DNA of 64,000 nucleotides from an uncultured Acidobacteriota bacterium. Lineage in GTDB: Bacteria > Acidobacteriota > Thermoanaerobaculia > Multivoradales > UBA5704. Position numbers and translations under genes: made by a program. The stretch is taken from positions 32,001 through 96,000 of the forward strand of contig CAVYRF010000002.1 of the NCBI GenBank assembly GCA_963770895.1, read 5' to 3'. This document shows positions 24,949-34,416 of the stretch, piece by piece; positions within the stretch are counted from its first letter, which is position 1; each line of letters starts with the position of its first letter. A model generated the notes under the pieces. That model had not been told where the DNA came from. It ran no database searches and saw nothing but the letters and a program-made list of their open reading frames with translations.

Positions 24949-25413
24949 CTAGGCCGCTAGCGCTTCTTCGTGGACCTCTGGCTTCTTCGGCGCGAGTGTC
25001 TGGTGCTCCAGCGGCACCACTTGGATGCCGATGTACGACTCTGACGGGCGCCTCCCCATGTCCTTCAGGTCGACCTCGCCGGCCCGGACTTGGAGCACGG
25101 CCTCCTCCCACTCCCTGAGCGCCGTCATATTGGTGTCGAAGAAGAAGCGCTCCGCTGCCGCCTTGAAGCTCGCGAAGTCCTCCTCGCCTTCGGCGATGTC
25201 CAGCAACACTTCGTAGTAGCTCTTGCTCAGCGCACCGAGGGCGCTGGGTACGGAGTCGCCTCTTTCGGCGAAACCGCCGGGGCTCACCGCTTCGGCCCAG
25301 AATTCGCCATCCTCGCCCGTCACGAGGATGCGACCGGCCACGATCACTCCGGCTGTGAAGTGCCCGTTTCTCACGAGGTCGCGACGCGAGAAGAGGATCG
25401 GGTAGTGCGTCAT
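24949..25413 (-). CDS. HicB-like antitoxin
   Basis: Acidic; EDGEFWAEAVSPGGFAERGDSVPSAL resembles the HicB N-domain; GGAG RBS. Confidence 0.55.
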   Translation of the reverse strand: MTHYPILFSRRDLVRNGHFTAGVIVAGRILVTGEDGEFWAEAVSPGGFAERGDSVPSALGALSKSYYEVLLDIAEGEEDFASFKAAAERFFFDTNMTALREWEEAVLQVRAGEVDLKDMGRRPSESYIGIQVVPLEHQTLAPKKPEVHEEALAA

Positions 25414-25753
25414 GATCGATGATTCTCCAATAGTCCCATAGCCCCCTTCGGGAAGGAGGACACAAGGGAAGGTGCAACAGGCGCGCCATCGCGAGACAGC
25501 GCCGAGGCATCAGGAATCCTAAAATGCTTCCGTAGCATCTTATATTGGGTGTGACATTCCCGTCAATGCCCCACCTGGCCAGTCTTCGGGCTGGCCTATT
25601 GCCCGTGCGGGGCAACCTAATACTACTAGACGTAACGGGAGCCGTTTTTCTTCCCAGAACGGGCCGATCCGGGCGATTGAGTCGGTTCCCCATTCGGCCG
25701 CGTGTCCGTCTCGACGAGCCTCGGCATGGGCGAGCGAGAGCGAGCGGGCAGCC

Positions 25754-25936
25754 TTGAAGACGCCGGCAGCGGAAATGAGCTGGGTCCTCGCCGCTGCTGG
25801 GATCGAGCGCGAAACCCTGGTGAGCTTGCGCCTCTTCCTGGATGCCGCCCGTCAGGAGGCGGCCACGGTTGAGCAAGCGCGCGCAGCGCTGCGGCTCCTC
25901 GGTCGGTCACCCCATCTTGGCGTCCCTGCACCCTGA
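25754..25936 (+). pseudogene. C-terminal remnant of a TPR-family protein
   Basis: AAEM..AAGIERETLVSLRLFLDAARQEAATVE resembles the C-terminus of these helical proteins (recalled). Confidence 0.4.
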
Positions 25937-26750
25937 GTGCGCGATCCAGCCGTCGTGGTCGCAGCCGCGGGCGGGCCGCTCGGCAGATGATCTCGATGTT
26001 GGGGCACGATGGGCACGGCATCTCGTGCCCGCCACACTGGATCAACCATGACTCCTTGCTCTCGTCGAATTCGGAGGAGCATTGGCCCGATGGGCTGGTG
26101 CAGGTGCCGGGACAGCTCGGGTCGTTAGGGCAGTGCGCCGTGCAAGCGTTCGGCCGGATTCCCTACGCCCTCATCGCCGCAAGCCCTCCATCCGTGGCAA
26201 GACGCTTCGCCCGCCCCCGGCCCGATTGCGCGCGCGCCGCTAGGCGCGTCGTGATCGGGGCAGCTGTTGAGCGACCCGCATCCGGTGGAGGTGGCGCGAA
26301 GCCCCCGCCAAGAGTCGGACTGCCATCGGCTTTTGCGGGAGCGGGGGCTGTGGGGCCTGGGGAGGTCTGCTGGTGGTGGCTGACGCTTCCTCTCTCCACG
26401 CGGATAGCCGCGGCGCATCCCCCTCAACGTCAGCACTGTGCGGCTCAGGTCCGTTCAAATGCCAGGTACGCCCAGGCCAGGTGCCGCGTCCAGTTCTGGC
26501 GGTGCGGGCAGAGGACGCGCAGGCGGAAGGCGCCGGTGGGAAATTGGCGGGCTACGCCCCAGCTGGTCGCGTAGAGGTGGGCGACGTTGTAGTCGGCGTG
26601 CCCGTAGATTGGCGATTGCCGCTCGGCGCAGAGGCGCTCCGCCCGGTCCCTGGCAAGGGGGCTTGAACCAGGGCCGCAATGGTAGGCTGGACAGGTGCGC
26701 GCGGGCGGCCGGTACTGGCTGCGTGGCGCTTCTTGTAAGGAGTCGCAACG

Positions 26751-28397
26751 ATGATAGCGGTGCTTGCGTTGCTGGCGGCAGGAGCGGCAGGGGCGGCGGT
26801 GGACGCTGGCCAGGTGCGACCTGTTCCTGACCTGGAATCGCATGTGGCGGCGTGGGCCAAGGACCAGGGCAGCGGCGCGGTGGTGGTGGCCGAGCGGGTG
26901 CAGGGGCAGTGGCGGTATGGCATGGGCGGGCAGCCGTTCGCGGCCGGACATGCGGCGGTGGCGCCCGAGCGGATCGAATTCGAAATTGGGTCGCTGAGCA
27001 AGGTGTTCACCGGCCTGCTGCTGGCGCAGGCGGTGCACGAGGGCAAGCTGGCGCTCACCGACACGCTGGCAGTGCGGCTGCCGGTGCAGTTTGCGTCGCG
27101 CGAGGTGGGCGGCATCACGCTCAAGCAGCTGGCGACCCACACGTCGTGCCTGCCGCGGCTGCCCGACAACATGGTTGGAGCCGACTCGCCCGACCCCTAT
27201 GCCGCGTACACCAACGCAGACCTGTTCGCGTACCTGGCGCAGGCCAAGCTGCCGTCGGCGCCGCCGTGCGCGCCGGACTACTCCAACCTGGGGTTTGGCG
27301 TGCTGGGAGTGGTGCTGGAACGGGCGTATGGGCAGTCGTGGGATACGCTGGTGCACAACAAGATCACCTTGCCTCTGGGGATGGCTGACACGGTGCAGCA
27401 CCTGTCGACGGAGCAGCGCGCGCGCTTCGCGCAGGGGTGGTCGGAGGGCAAGCAGGTGCAGCCCTGGACGTTCCAGGCGATGGCCGGCGCCGGGGCGCTG
27501 GTCTCGACGGCTGCCGACCTGACCAAGCTGGCTGACGCGATGCTGGCTGGCGCCGGCGGGCCGCTGCGCGATGCGTGGCAGCTGATGTCTGCCGACCAGA
27601 GCGACGCGGGGGCCATGGGCGGTCACATCGGCCTGGCGCTGATGCACGACCGGCTGTACGGCCAGGATCGCTACTGGCACGACGGCGGCACCGGCGGCTT
27701 CCGCAGCACCTTGCAGGTGTTCCCGGCCGACGGGCGGGCGCAGATCGTCCTGACCTCCAGCGCCGACGGCAAGGTGGAAGCCTGGCTGACGGCGTGGCGC
27801 GCCGAGGGCCGGACACCGGTCGCGTGGCGCGAGATCACCCTGCCGGCGGGCGCCCTGGACGAATACACCGGCGTGTACCAGCTGTCGCCGCAGGCCCGCT
27901 TCACCATCCTCAGGGTCGGCGACGATCTGCGCGTGCGCTTGACCGGCCAGCAGTTCCTGGCGGTGTTCGCCAGCGCCAAGGATGAGTTTTTCTACCGCGC
28001 GGTCGATGCGCAGCTCTCGTTCCAGCGCCAGGGCGGCAAGATCACCGGGCTGGTGGTGCACCAATACGGCCGCGACCTGGCGGCGCGCCGCACCGCCGAC
28101 CCGGTGCCCCACGTCGAGTTCCTGCCGGTCGCTTCGCTGGCGGAGCTGGCCGGGGACTACGACTTCAGCTCCGTCGAGGCGGGCGCGGTGCTCACCGTCC
28201 GGGTGCGCGGCGAAGGGCTTACCGCGCAGCTCACCGGCCAGCCGATGGTGCCGGTCTTCGCGGTGGCCAAGGACCGCTTCCAGTACGACGTCGTCGATGC
28301 GACGCTGGTGTTCGAGCGCGACGCCGCCGGCAAGGTGTCCGCCGTGGTGCTGAACCAGAACGGCGCCTCCGTCCGCGCGCCCCGCAAGCACCCATGA
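26751..28397 (+). CDS. Exported serine hydrolase (class C beta-lactamase fold) with two DUF3471-like domains
   Basis: SLSK, YSN, WHDGGTGG; duplicated Y.G.Y..LTGQ..F C-terminal domains; AAGGAG RBS. Confidence 0.9.
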   Translation: MIAVLALLAAGAAGAAVDAGQVRPVPDLESHVAAWAKDQGSGAVVVAERVQGQWRYGMGGQPFAAGHAAVAPERIEFEIGSLSKVFTGLLLAQAVHEGKLALTDTLAVRLPVQFASREVGGITLKQLATHTSCLPRLPDNMVGADSPDPYAAYTNADLFAYLAQAKLPSAPPCAPDYSNLGFGVLGVVLERAYGQSWDTLVHNKITLPLGMADTVQHLSTEQRARFAQGWSEGKQVQPWTFQAMAGAGALVSTAADLTKLADAMLAGAGGPLRDAWQLMSADQSDAGAMGGHIGLALMHDRLYGQDRYWHDGGTGGFRSTLQVFPADGRAQIVLTSSADGKVEAWLTAWRAEGRTPVAWREITLPAGALDEYTGVYQLSPQARFTILRVGDDLRVRLTGQQFLAVFASAKDEFFYRAVDAQLSFQRQGGKITGLVVHQYGRDLAARRTADPVPHVEFLPVASLAELAGDYDFSSVEAGAVLTVRVRGEGLTAQLTGQPMVPVFAVAKDRFQYDVVDATLVFERDAAGKVSAVVLNQNGASVRAPRKHP

Positions 28398-29332
28398 CCG
28401 CGACCGTCGCAGTGCGGAACACCCGGGTCAACCGCCGGCCGGGCACGCTGTGGAAGGTGCTGCAGTTCCCGCTGACGCGGGCGCTGCTGGCGATCCTGGC
28501 GATGGCCGCCGTGGTCGCCGCCGTGCAGGGCGCCCAGCACGCGCTGGGCCTGGCGCCGCAGGGCGCCGCGAGCCGCGTCCTGGGGCTGGGGCTGATCGCC
28601 GGGCTGTGCCTGGCCTACGTCGGCACCGTTCGCCTGATCGAGCGGCGCGCCGCGGTCGAGCTGGCGCCGCGCGATGCCCTGCCGGCTTTTGGCGGCGGCT
28701 TCCTGGCCGGCACGGCGCTGTTCAGCGCCACCATCCTGGTGCTGTGGGCGCTGGGCGCCTATCGCGTCGACGGCACGCGCGGCGCCGACGCCCTGGTGGG
28801 GCCGCTGCTCGGCTCGCTGATCGCGGCGGTCTTCGAGGAGCTGCTGGTGCGCGGCGTGCTGTTCCGCATCGTCGAAGAGAGCCTGGGCAGCTGGCTGGCG
28901 CTCGCCATCACCGCCGCGCTCTTCGGCCTGCTGCACTTCTTCAATCCCGGCGCCACGATCGCCAGCACCTGCGCCATCGCGCTGGAAGCCGGCATTCTGC
29001 TGGCCGCCGTCTACATGGCGTCGCGCACGCTGTGGATGTGCATCGGCCTGCACTGCGCCTGGAACTTTGCCGAAGGCGGCATCTTCGGCGCCAGCGTTTC
29101 GGGCGGCAAGCCCGAAGGGCTGCTGATCGCGAAGTTCCAGGGCTCCACCCTGCTCACCGGGGGCAAATTCGGCCCCGAGGCCTCGCTGCCCGCGGTGGTG
29201 ATCTGCCTGGCCGGCGGCCTTGCCTACCTGGCCCTGGCGCGCCGCCGCGGCCGCATCCTGCCGCCCGCCTGGCGCCGCGTGCCAGATCCTCCGACCCCGG
29301 ACCCGGCCGCCATCCCGCCTGTCGTCCTCTAG
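28394..29332 (+). CDS. CPBP/Abi (CAAX) intramembrane metalloprotease
   Basis: EELLVRG, FGLLH, HCAWN; ATGA overlap with the upstream gene. Confidence 0.92.
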   Translation: MTATVAVRNTRVNRRPGTLWKVLQFPLTRALLAILAMAAVVAAVQGAQHALGLAPQGAASRVLGLGLIAGLCLAYVGTVRLIERRAAVELAPRDALPAFGGGFLAGTALFSATILVLWALGAYRVDGTRGADALVGPLLGSLIAAVFEELLVRGVLFRIVEESLGSWLALAITAALFGLLHFFNPGATIASTCAIALEAGILLAAVYMASRTLWMCIGLHCAWNFAEGGIFGASVSGGKPEGLLIAKFQGSTLLTGGKFGPEASLPAVVICLAGGLAYLALARRRGRILPPAWRRVPDPPTPDPAAIPPVVL

Positions 29333-29351
29333 CTGCTCCCGCCGATCTCGG

Positions 29352-31091
29352 CTATTCGTGACCCATACCGGCCGCCGCTGACGCCGACGGCGACGGCCGG
29401 TCGGCGGATGCCGCCTGGGTGATGCTCAGGGCGACGGCTTCCGCCACCCGGATGCCGTCCACGGCGGCGGACAGGATGCCGCCGGCGTAGCCGGCGCCTT
29501 CGCCGGCAGGATACAGACCGGCCACGGCAACGCTCTGCAGGTCGTCGTCGCGGCGCGTCAGGCGCACCGGCGCGGAGGTCCGCGTCTCGACGCCGGTGAG
29601 CACCGCGTCCTCCATGGCGAAACCGCGCAGCTGGCGGTCGAACGCCGGCAGCGCCTCGCGGATCGCCGCGATCGCGTAGTCCGGCAGGCAGGACGTCAGG
29701 TCGCCCCAACGCACCGCCGGCCGATAGGACGGCAGCACCGCACCGGGCGCCGTCGACGGGCGGCCGGCGAGAAAGTCGCCGACGCGCTGCGCCGGCGCGT
29801 CGTAGGAGCTGCCGCCCAGCTCGAAGGCCCGCGTCTCCCAGAACCGCTGCAGCTCGACGCCGGCCAGGGGGCCGCCGGGATAGTCCTCGGGCGTGATGCC
29901 GACGACGATGCCGCTGTTGGCGTTGCGCTCGTCGCGCGAATATTGGCTCATGCCGTTGGTCACCACCCGGCCGGGCTCCGACGCCGCCGCCACCACGGTG
30001 CCGCCCGGACACATGCAGAAGCTGTAGACCGAGCGGCCGTTGCTGCAGTGGTGCACCAGCTTGTAGTCGGCGGCGCCGAGCAGCGGGTGCCCCGCCTGGG
30101 CACCGAAGCGGCGGCGGTCGATCAGCGACTGCGGATGCTCGATGCGGAAGCCGATCGAAAACGGCTTGGCTTCCATCAGGACGCCACGCCGCGCGAGCAT
30201 CTGAAAGGTGTCCCGCGCGCTGTGCCCCGGCGCCAGCACCACGTGATCGGCCGCCAGCCGCTCGCCACCGCCGGCGCCGCCGCCGCCCACATCACCCGCG
30301 TCGCCCGCTGCCGCACCGGCACCCGCCACGACCACGCCGCGCACCCGCCCCCGCTCGACGAGCAGGTCTTCGACCCGGCACTGGAAACGGATCTCGCCGC
30401 CCAGCGACTCGATCTTGGCGCGCATCGCTTCCACCACCTTGACCAGCCGGAAGGTGCCGATGTGCGGCTTGCTGACGAAGAGGATCTCCGCCGGCGCGCC
30501 GGCGGCGACCAGCTCTTCGAGCACCTTGCGCCCGCGGTGGCCGGGGTCCCTGATCTGGCTGTACAGCTTGCCGTCGGAGAAGGTGCCGGCACCGCCTTCG
30601 CCGAACTGCACGTTGGATTCTGGATCGAGCACCCGCTTGCGCCACAGCCCGAAGGTATCCACCGTGCGCTCGCGCACCGCCTTGCCGCGCTCCAAAACCA
30701 GCGGCCGCAATCCCATCTCGGCCAGGAGCAGGGCGGCGAACAGCCCACACGGCCCCATGCCGATGACGATCGGCCGCGGCACCGCCCCCGCGCCCGCCGG
30801 CGCCGCCTGCTCCGACCGCGCCACGAAACGATAGGAGGTGTCGGGCGTCGGCCCGACCCGCGCGTCGCCGCGCAACCGCGCCAGGATCCGGGATTCGCGC
30901 GCCGGCGCCGTTTGGACGTCCACCTGGTAGATCAGCGTGATCGCGCCGCCGCGGCGCGCGTCGTAGCTGCGCCGGACGATCGACCAGCCCAGCAGGTCGC
31001 GCCGCTCGATGCCGAGCGTCGCCGCGATCGCCACCGGCAGCGCCTCGGCGCCGTGGTCCAGCGGCAGTCTCAGCTCCTTGATGCGCAACAT
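29352..31091 (-). CDS. NAD(P)/FAD-dependent oxidoreductase
   Basis: GMGPCG, FGEGGAGTFSDGKL, SFCMCPGG, GEGAGYAGGI. Confidence 0.92.
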   Translation of the reverse strand: MLRIKELRLPLDHGAEALPVAIAATLGIERRDLLGWSIVRRSYDARRGGAITLIYQVDVQTAPARESRILARLRGDARVGPTPDTSYRFVARSEQAAPAGAGAVPRPIVIGMGPCGLFAALLLAEMGLRPLVLERGKAVRERTVDTFGLWRKRVLDPESNVQFGEGGAGTFSDGKLYSQIRDPGHRGRKVLEELVAAGAPAEILFVSKPHIGTFRLVKVVEAMRAKIESLGGEIRFQCRVEDLLVERGRVRGVVVAGAGAAAGDAGDVGGGGAGGGERLAADHVVLAPGHSARDTFQMLARRGVLMEAKPFSIGFRIEHPQSLIDRRRFGAQAGHPLLGAADYKLVHHCSNGRSVYSFCMCPGGTVVAAASEPGRVVTNGMSQYSRDERNANSGIVVGITPEDYPGGPLAGVELQRFWETRAFELGGSSYDAPAQRVGDFLAGRPSTAPGAVLPSYRPAVRWGDLTSCLPDYAIAAIREALPAFDRQLRGFAMEDAVLTGVETRTSAPVRLTRRDDDLQSVAVAGLYPAGEGAGYAGGILSAAVDGIRVAEAVALSITQAASADRPSPSASAAAGMGHE

Positions 31092-31140
31092 GATCGCGGC
31101 AGCAGGCGCGCCCCGGGCGTCGCCGCGGCGCGCCGCGGCT

Positions 31141-32082
31141 TCAGGCGCCGCCGGCGTCGCCGGCCCGCTCCAGCGCCTGCCGGTCCCAGCTGGCAAGGTT
31201 GGCGGCGGCTTCGTAGGTGCTCTGCAGGAACGCCAGGAGCGCCGCGTCGGGGTCGGGAGCGGCGCGCAGCACGTCGTAGGGCAGCAGGAATTCCCCCATC
31301 TGCGCATTGTAGGCGGCCCCCGCCGGTTGCACCGGCGCGGCGCCGAAACCCGGCGGCGTGGGATAGGCGTAGGCGTAGAACGCCGCCTGCGGCGCCTGCG
31401 GGCTGCCGGGCCAGAAACCGGCGCTGGACACTTCGTGCGAGTACCCTTCGCGCATCACCCGGTCGGCCACGTGCGGCGCGCCGCCGGGATGCGGCGGCGC
31501 CGGCCGGCCCGAAAAGCGGCTTGCCGCCAGGTCGAAGCTGCCCCAGAAGAAGTGCACCGGGCTGGCCTTGCCCAGGAAGCGCCCGCGGAACACCTTGAAC
31601 ACCCGGTCCGCCTGCACCAGCACTCGCCAGAAGCGCTGCGCCGCCAGGCCGTCGTAGGCGGCGTGCACGCGATCGTCGGCAAACGGCAGCGCGTCGTCGG
31701 GGATTTCCACCGGCACCGGCCAGATGTGGACCGCCACGTCGAGCGCCGCCAGCGCCGCCTGGTAGTCGGCAAAGAAGTCGGCGACGCTGCGCGCCGCAAG
31801 CGGCACCGCGCGCCGGCCGCCGTCGCTCACCCGGAACGCCAGCTCATGGGCCAGCAGGTCGAATTCGATCTCCAGCAGCCGCCCGCCGCTGCACGGCATG
31901 GCCGAGGTGGTCAGGCCGCGGGCGCTGACGTACAGCGCCACCTGCCACCAGTGGTTCAGCATCGGTTCCAGGGCCAGGCGCGTCTTGCCGACGATCTGGC
32001 TCCAGCGGTGCATCGTCTGGCAGGTGTCGGCCCAGTCGGCGTACACCAGCTGGGGCCACGCCTGGGCTTGCTCCGTGGGCAT
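31141..32082 (-). CDS. DUF5996-like conserved protein
   Basis: QIVGKTRL, NHWWQV, HFFWGSFDLA, YSHEVSSAGFWPG. Confidence 0.85.
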   Translation of the reverse strand: MPTEQAQAWPQLVYADWADTCQTMHRWSQIVGKTRLALEPMLNHWWQVALYVSARGLTTSAMPCSGGRLLEIEFDLLAHELAFRVSDGGRRAVPLAARSVADFFADYQAALAALDVAVHIWPVPVEIPDDALPFADDRVHAAYDGLAAQRFWRVLVQADRVFKVFRGRFLGKASPVHFFWGSFDLAASRFSGRPAPPHPGGAPHVADRVMREGYSHEVSSAGFWPGSPQAPQAAFYAYAYPTPPGFGAAPVQPAGAAYNAQMGEFLLPYDVLRAAPDPDAALLAFLQSTYEAAANLASWDRQALERAGDAGGA

Positions 32083-32206
32083 CGCGTTCTCCTCCGGCCG
32101 GTCGCGTGCCCGCGGGCGCATGGGGGCGCACCCGCGGGCTTGGCGGCGGCGCGGTTCCGGGCCGCCGCCGCCAGCCGCCATCATAGCCTGGGGGCCGACG
32201 CCAAAC

Positions 32207-32905
32207 TCAGCGGGAGCCGCTGAGCGCCACCGGCGTGTCGCGATACATCTCGGGATAGACGTGCTTGAGGGCGGTGATCTTGGGCAGGTCGTTGACCACG
32301 ATGTAGGGGTACGTGGGGTTGTGGATCAGGAAGTCCTGGTGGTAGCCCTCCGCCTCGTAGAAGCCTTTCATCGGCTCGATCTTGGTGACGATCGGCCCGC
32401 TGAACACCTTGTCCTTGCCCAGCTGGTCGACGTAGGCGCGGGCGACGCGCTCCTGCGTCGGCGTGGTGAAGAAGATCTCGGAGCGGTAGCTGGTGCCGGA
32501 GTCGGGACCCTGCCGGTTCAGCTCGGTCGGATCGTGGGCGACGGCAAAGTAGAGCCGCAGCAGCTGGCCGTAAGAGATCTTCTTGGGGTCGAAGGTGATC
32601 TCCACCGACTCGGCGTGGCCGGTCGTCTCGGTGCCGACCATCTCGTAGTGCGCCGTCGCCTTGCTGCCGCCCGCATAGCCGGCGACGACCTTGGTGACGC
32701 CCTGCACGTGCTCGAACATGCCCTGCAGACCCCAGAAGCAGCCGCCGGCGAGCACCGCCGTCTGCGGACCGGTCGCCTCGGCGGCGGGGGTATCCATCGC
32801 CGGCGGCGGAATCACTTTGTTGATGGCGTCGGCCCGCATCTGGCAGGCGGCGCCGCAGATCGCGATCGCCAGGATCGCGGCGACGGATCGGAAGTTGGCT
32901 TGCAT
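32207..32905 (-). CDS. msrA: Peptide-methionine (S)-S-oxide reductase, exported
   Basis: AGGCFWG, TGHAESV, HDPT..NRQG.D.G..YRS, AEGYHQ. Confidence 0.96.
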   Translation of the reverse strand: MQANFRSVAAILAIAICGAACQMRADAINKVIPPPAMDTPAAEATGPQTAVLAGGCFWGLQGMFEHVQGVTKVVAGYAGGSKATAHYEMVGTETTGHAESVEITFDPKKISYGQLLRLYFAVAHDPTELNRQGPDSGTSYRSEIFFTTPTQERVARAYVDQLGKDKVFSGPIVTKIEPMKGFYEAEGYHQDFLIHNPTYPYIVVNDLPKITALKHVYPEMYRDTPVALSGSR

Positions 32906-33021
32906 CGTGGTCTCCCTTCGCGGTGAGGGTAGGAGCGCGGTCGCGCCCACCACTTCCTTTTACGGGTCAGCGCCAGCGGCGGATTCGCGCCCGGCCCTGG
33001 GGTCGAGCCCGACGCGGCGAT

Positions 33022-33050
33022 TTGACACCGCGGGAGGGGTGCCGTATGGT
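33022..33050 (+). promoter_or_regulatory. Sigma70-type promoter
   Basis: TTGACA-N17-TATGGT, 70 bp before ATG 33121. Confidence 0.65.
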
Positions 33051-33120
33051 TCAAAGCCGCTTGCACCAGCTGTCTTTCGACCAACTTTCACTCCGGGACG
33101 TGTCCCGGAAGGACAGGCAC

Positions 33121-34383
33121 ATGAGCGACGATCAGGCGGAGGATCGGGTATCGCGGCGTGGGTTCCTGGGGATGGGGTCGGCGGCGCTGGCCGCGGCGGG
33201 CATGCTGTCGGCGGCGCAGGCCGCGGCCCAGGAGGAGGGGCCCAAGCCCTACCCGGTGCGCGGCGACCGCAGCTCCAGCGCTCCCGGTCCGTCCAACACG
33301 GAGATCGACGCGCAAAACCCTGATTCCTTCCTGCCGCCGCAGACCGACGCCGGCGGCGTCCAGACGTTCAAATATCCTTTCGGGATCTCGCACAAGAGGA
33401 TGCAGGTGGGCGGCTGGTCGCGCGAGGTCACGGTGCGCGAGCTGCCGGTCTCCAAGTCCATCGCCGGCGTCGACATGCGCCTGACCGCCGGCGGCGTGCG
33501 CGAGCTGCACTGGCACACCGCGGCCGAATGGGCCTTCATGCTGTACGGCACGGCGCGCATCACGGCGATCGACCTGGAAGGCAAGAGCTTCGTCGCCGAC
33601 GTGGGAGAAGGCGACCTGTGGTATTTCCCGCCCGGCATCCCGCATTCGATCCAGGGTCTCAATCCGGACGGCGCGGAGTTTCTCCTGGTGTTCGACGACG
33701 GCAACTTCTCGGAATATGAGACGGTGCTGCTCACCGACTGGATGGCGCACACGCCGCACGACGTGCTGGCGCACAACTTCGGCGTCAGCGAGCAGGCGAT
33801 CGCCAAGATGGTGCGCAAGGAAAAGTTCATCTTCCAGGCCGAGGTGCCCGGTCCGCTGGCCCAGGACCAGAAGGTCGCCGCCGGCGCGCTCGGCCCGTCG
33901 CCGCTGGACTTCGCGTTTCGCACCACCCAGCAGGCGATGGTGAAGCGCAGCCGCGGCGGCGAGGTGCGGATCATCGACGCGCGCCATTTCAAGGTTTCGA
34001 CGACTATCGCCGCGGCGGTGGTCACCGTGCATCCCGGCGGCATCCGCGAGCTGCATTGGCATCCCAATGCCGACGAATGGATGTACTTCATCGCCGGCGC
34101 CGGCAGGATGACGGTCTTCGCCACCGGCGGCCGCGCGCGCACCATGGATTTCCAGGCCGGCGACGTCGGCTACATCCAGAAGACGCTGCCGCACTACGTG
34201 CAGAACACCGGCAGCACCGATCTCAAGTTCCTGGAGATGTTCAAGGCCAGCTCCTACCAGGACCTGGCGCTCTCCGAATGGCTGACCCACACCCCGCCCG
34301 AGCTGGTGCTGGCCCACCTCGGCATCGACAAGGAGACGCTGAACGCGATGCCCAAGGACGAGCCGGTGGTGATGCCCAGGTAG
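33121..34383 (+). CDS. Oxalate decarboxylase family bicupin with Tat signal
   Basis: SRRGFL; two RELHWH cupin motifs; GDLWYFPPGIPHSIQG. Confidence 0.93.
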   Translation: MSDDQAEDRVSRRGFLGMGSAALAAAGMLSAAQAAAQEEGPKPYPVRGDRSSSAPGPSNTEIDAQNPDSFLPPQTDAGGVQTFKYPFGISHKRMQVGGWSREVTVRELPVSKSIAGVDMRLTAGGVRELHWHTAAEWAFMLYGTARITAIDLEGKSFVADVGEGDLWYFPPGIPHSIQGLNPDGAEFLLVFDDGNFSEYETVLLTDWMAHTPHDVLAHNFGVSEQAIAKMVRKEKFIFQAEVPGPLAQDQKVAAGALGPSPLDFAFRTTQQAMVKRSRGGEVRIIDARHFKVSTTIAAAVVTVHPGGIRELHWHPNADEWMYFIAGAGRMTVFATGGRARTMDFQAGDVGYIQKTLPHYVQNTGSTDLKFLEMFKASSYQDLALSEWLTHTPPELVLAHLGIDKETLNAMPKDEPVVMPR

Positions 34384-34416
34384 CCCTGCTTCCTCCTGGC
34401 GGCGGGCGGAGCGGCG

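Noticed and set aside
25937-26440. Small ORFs in the region before the serine hydrolase
   Set aside because: No recognisable motif or convincing RBS
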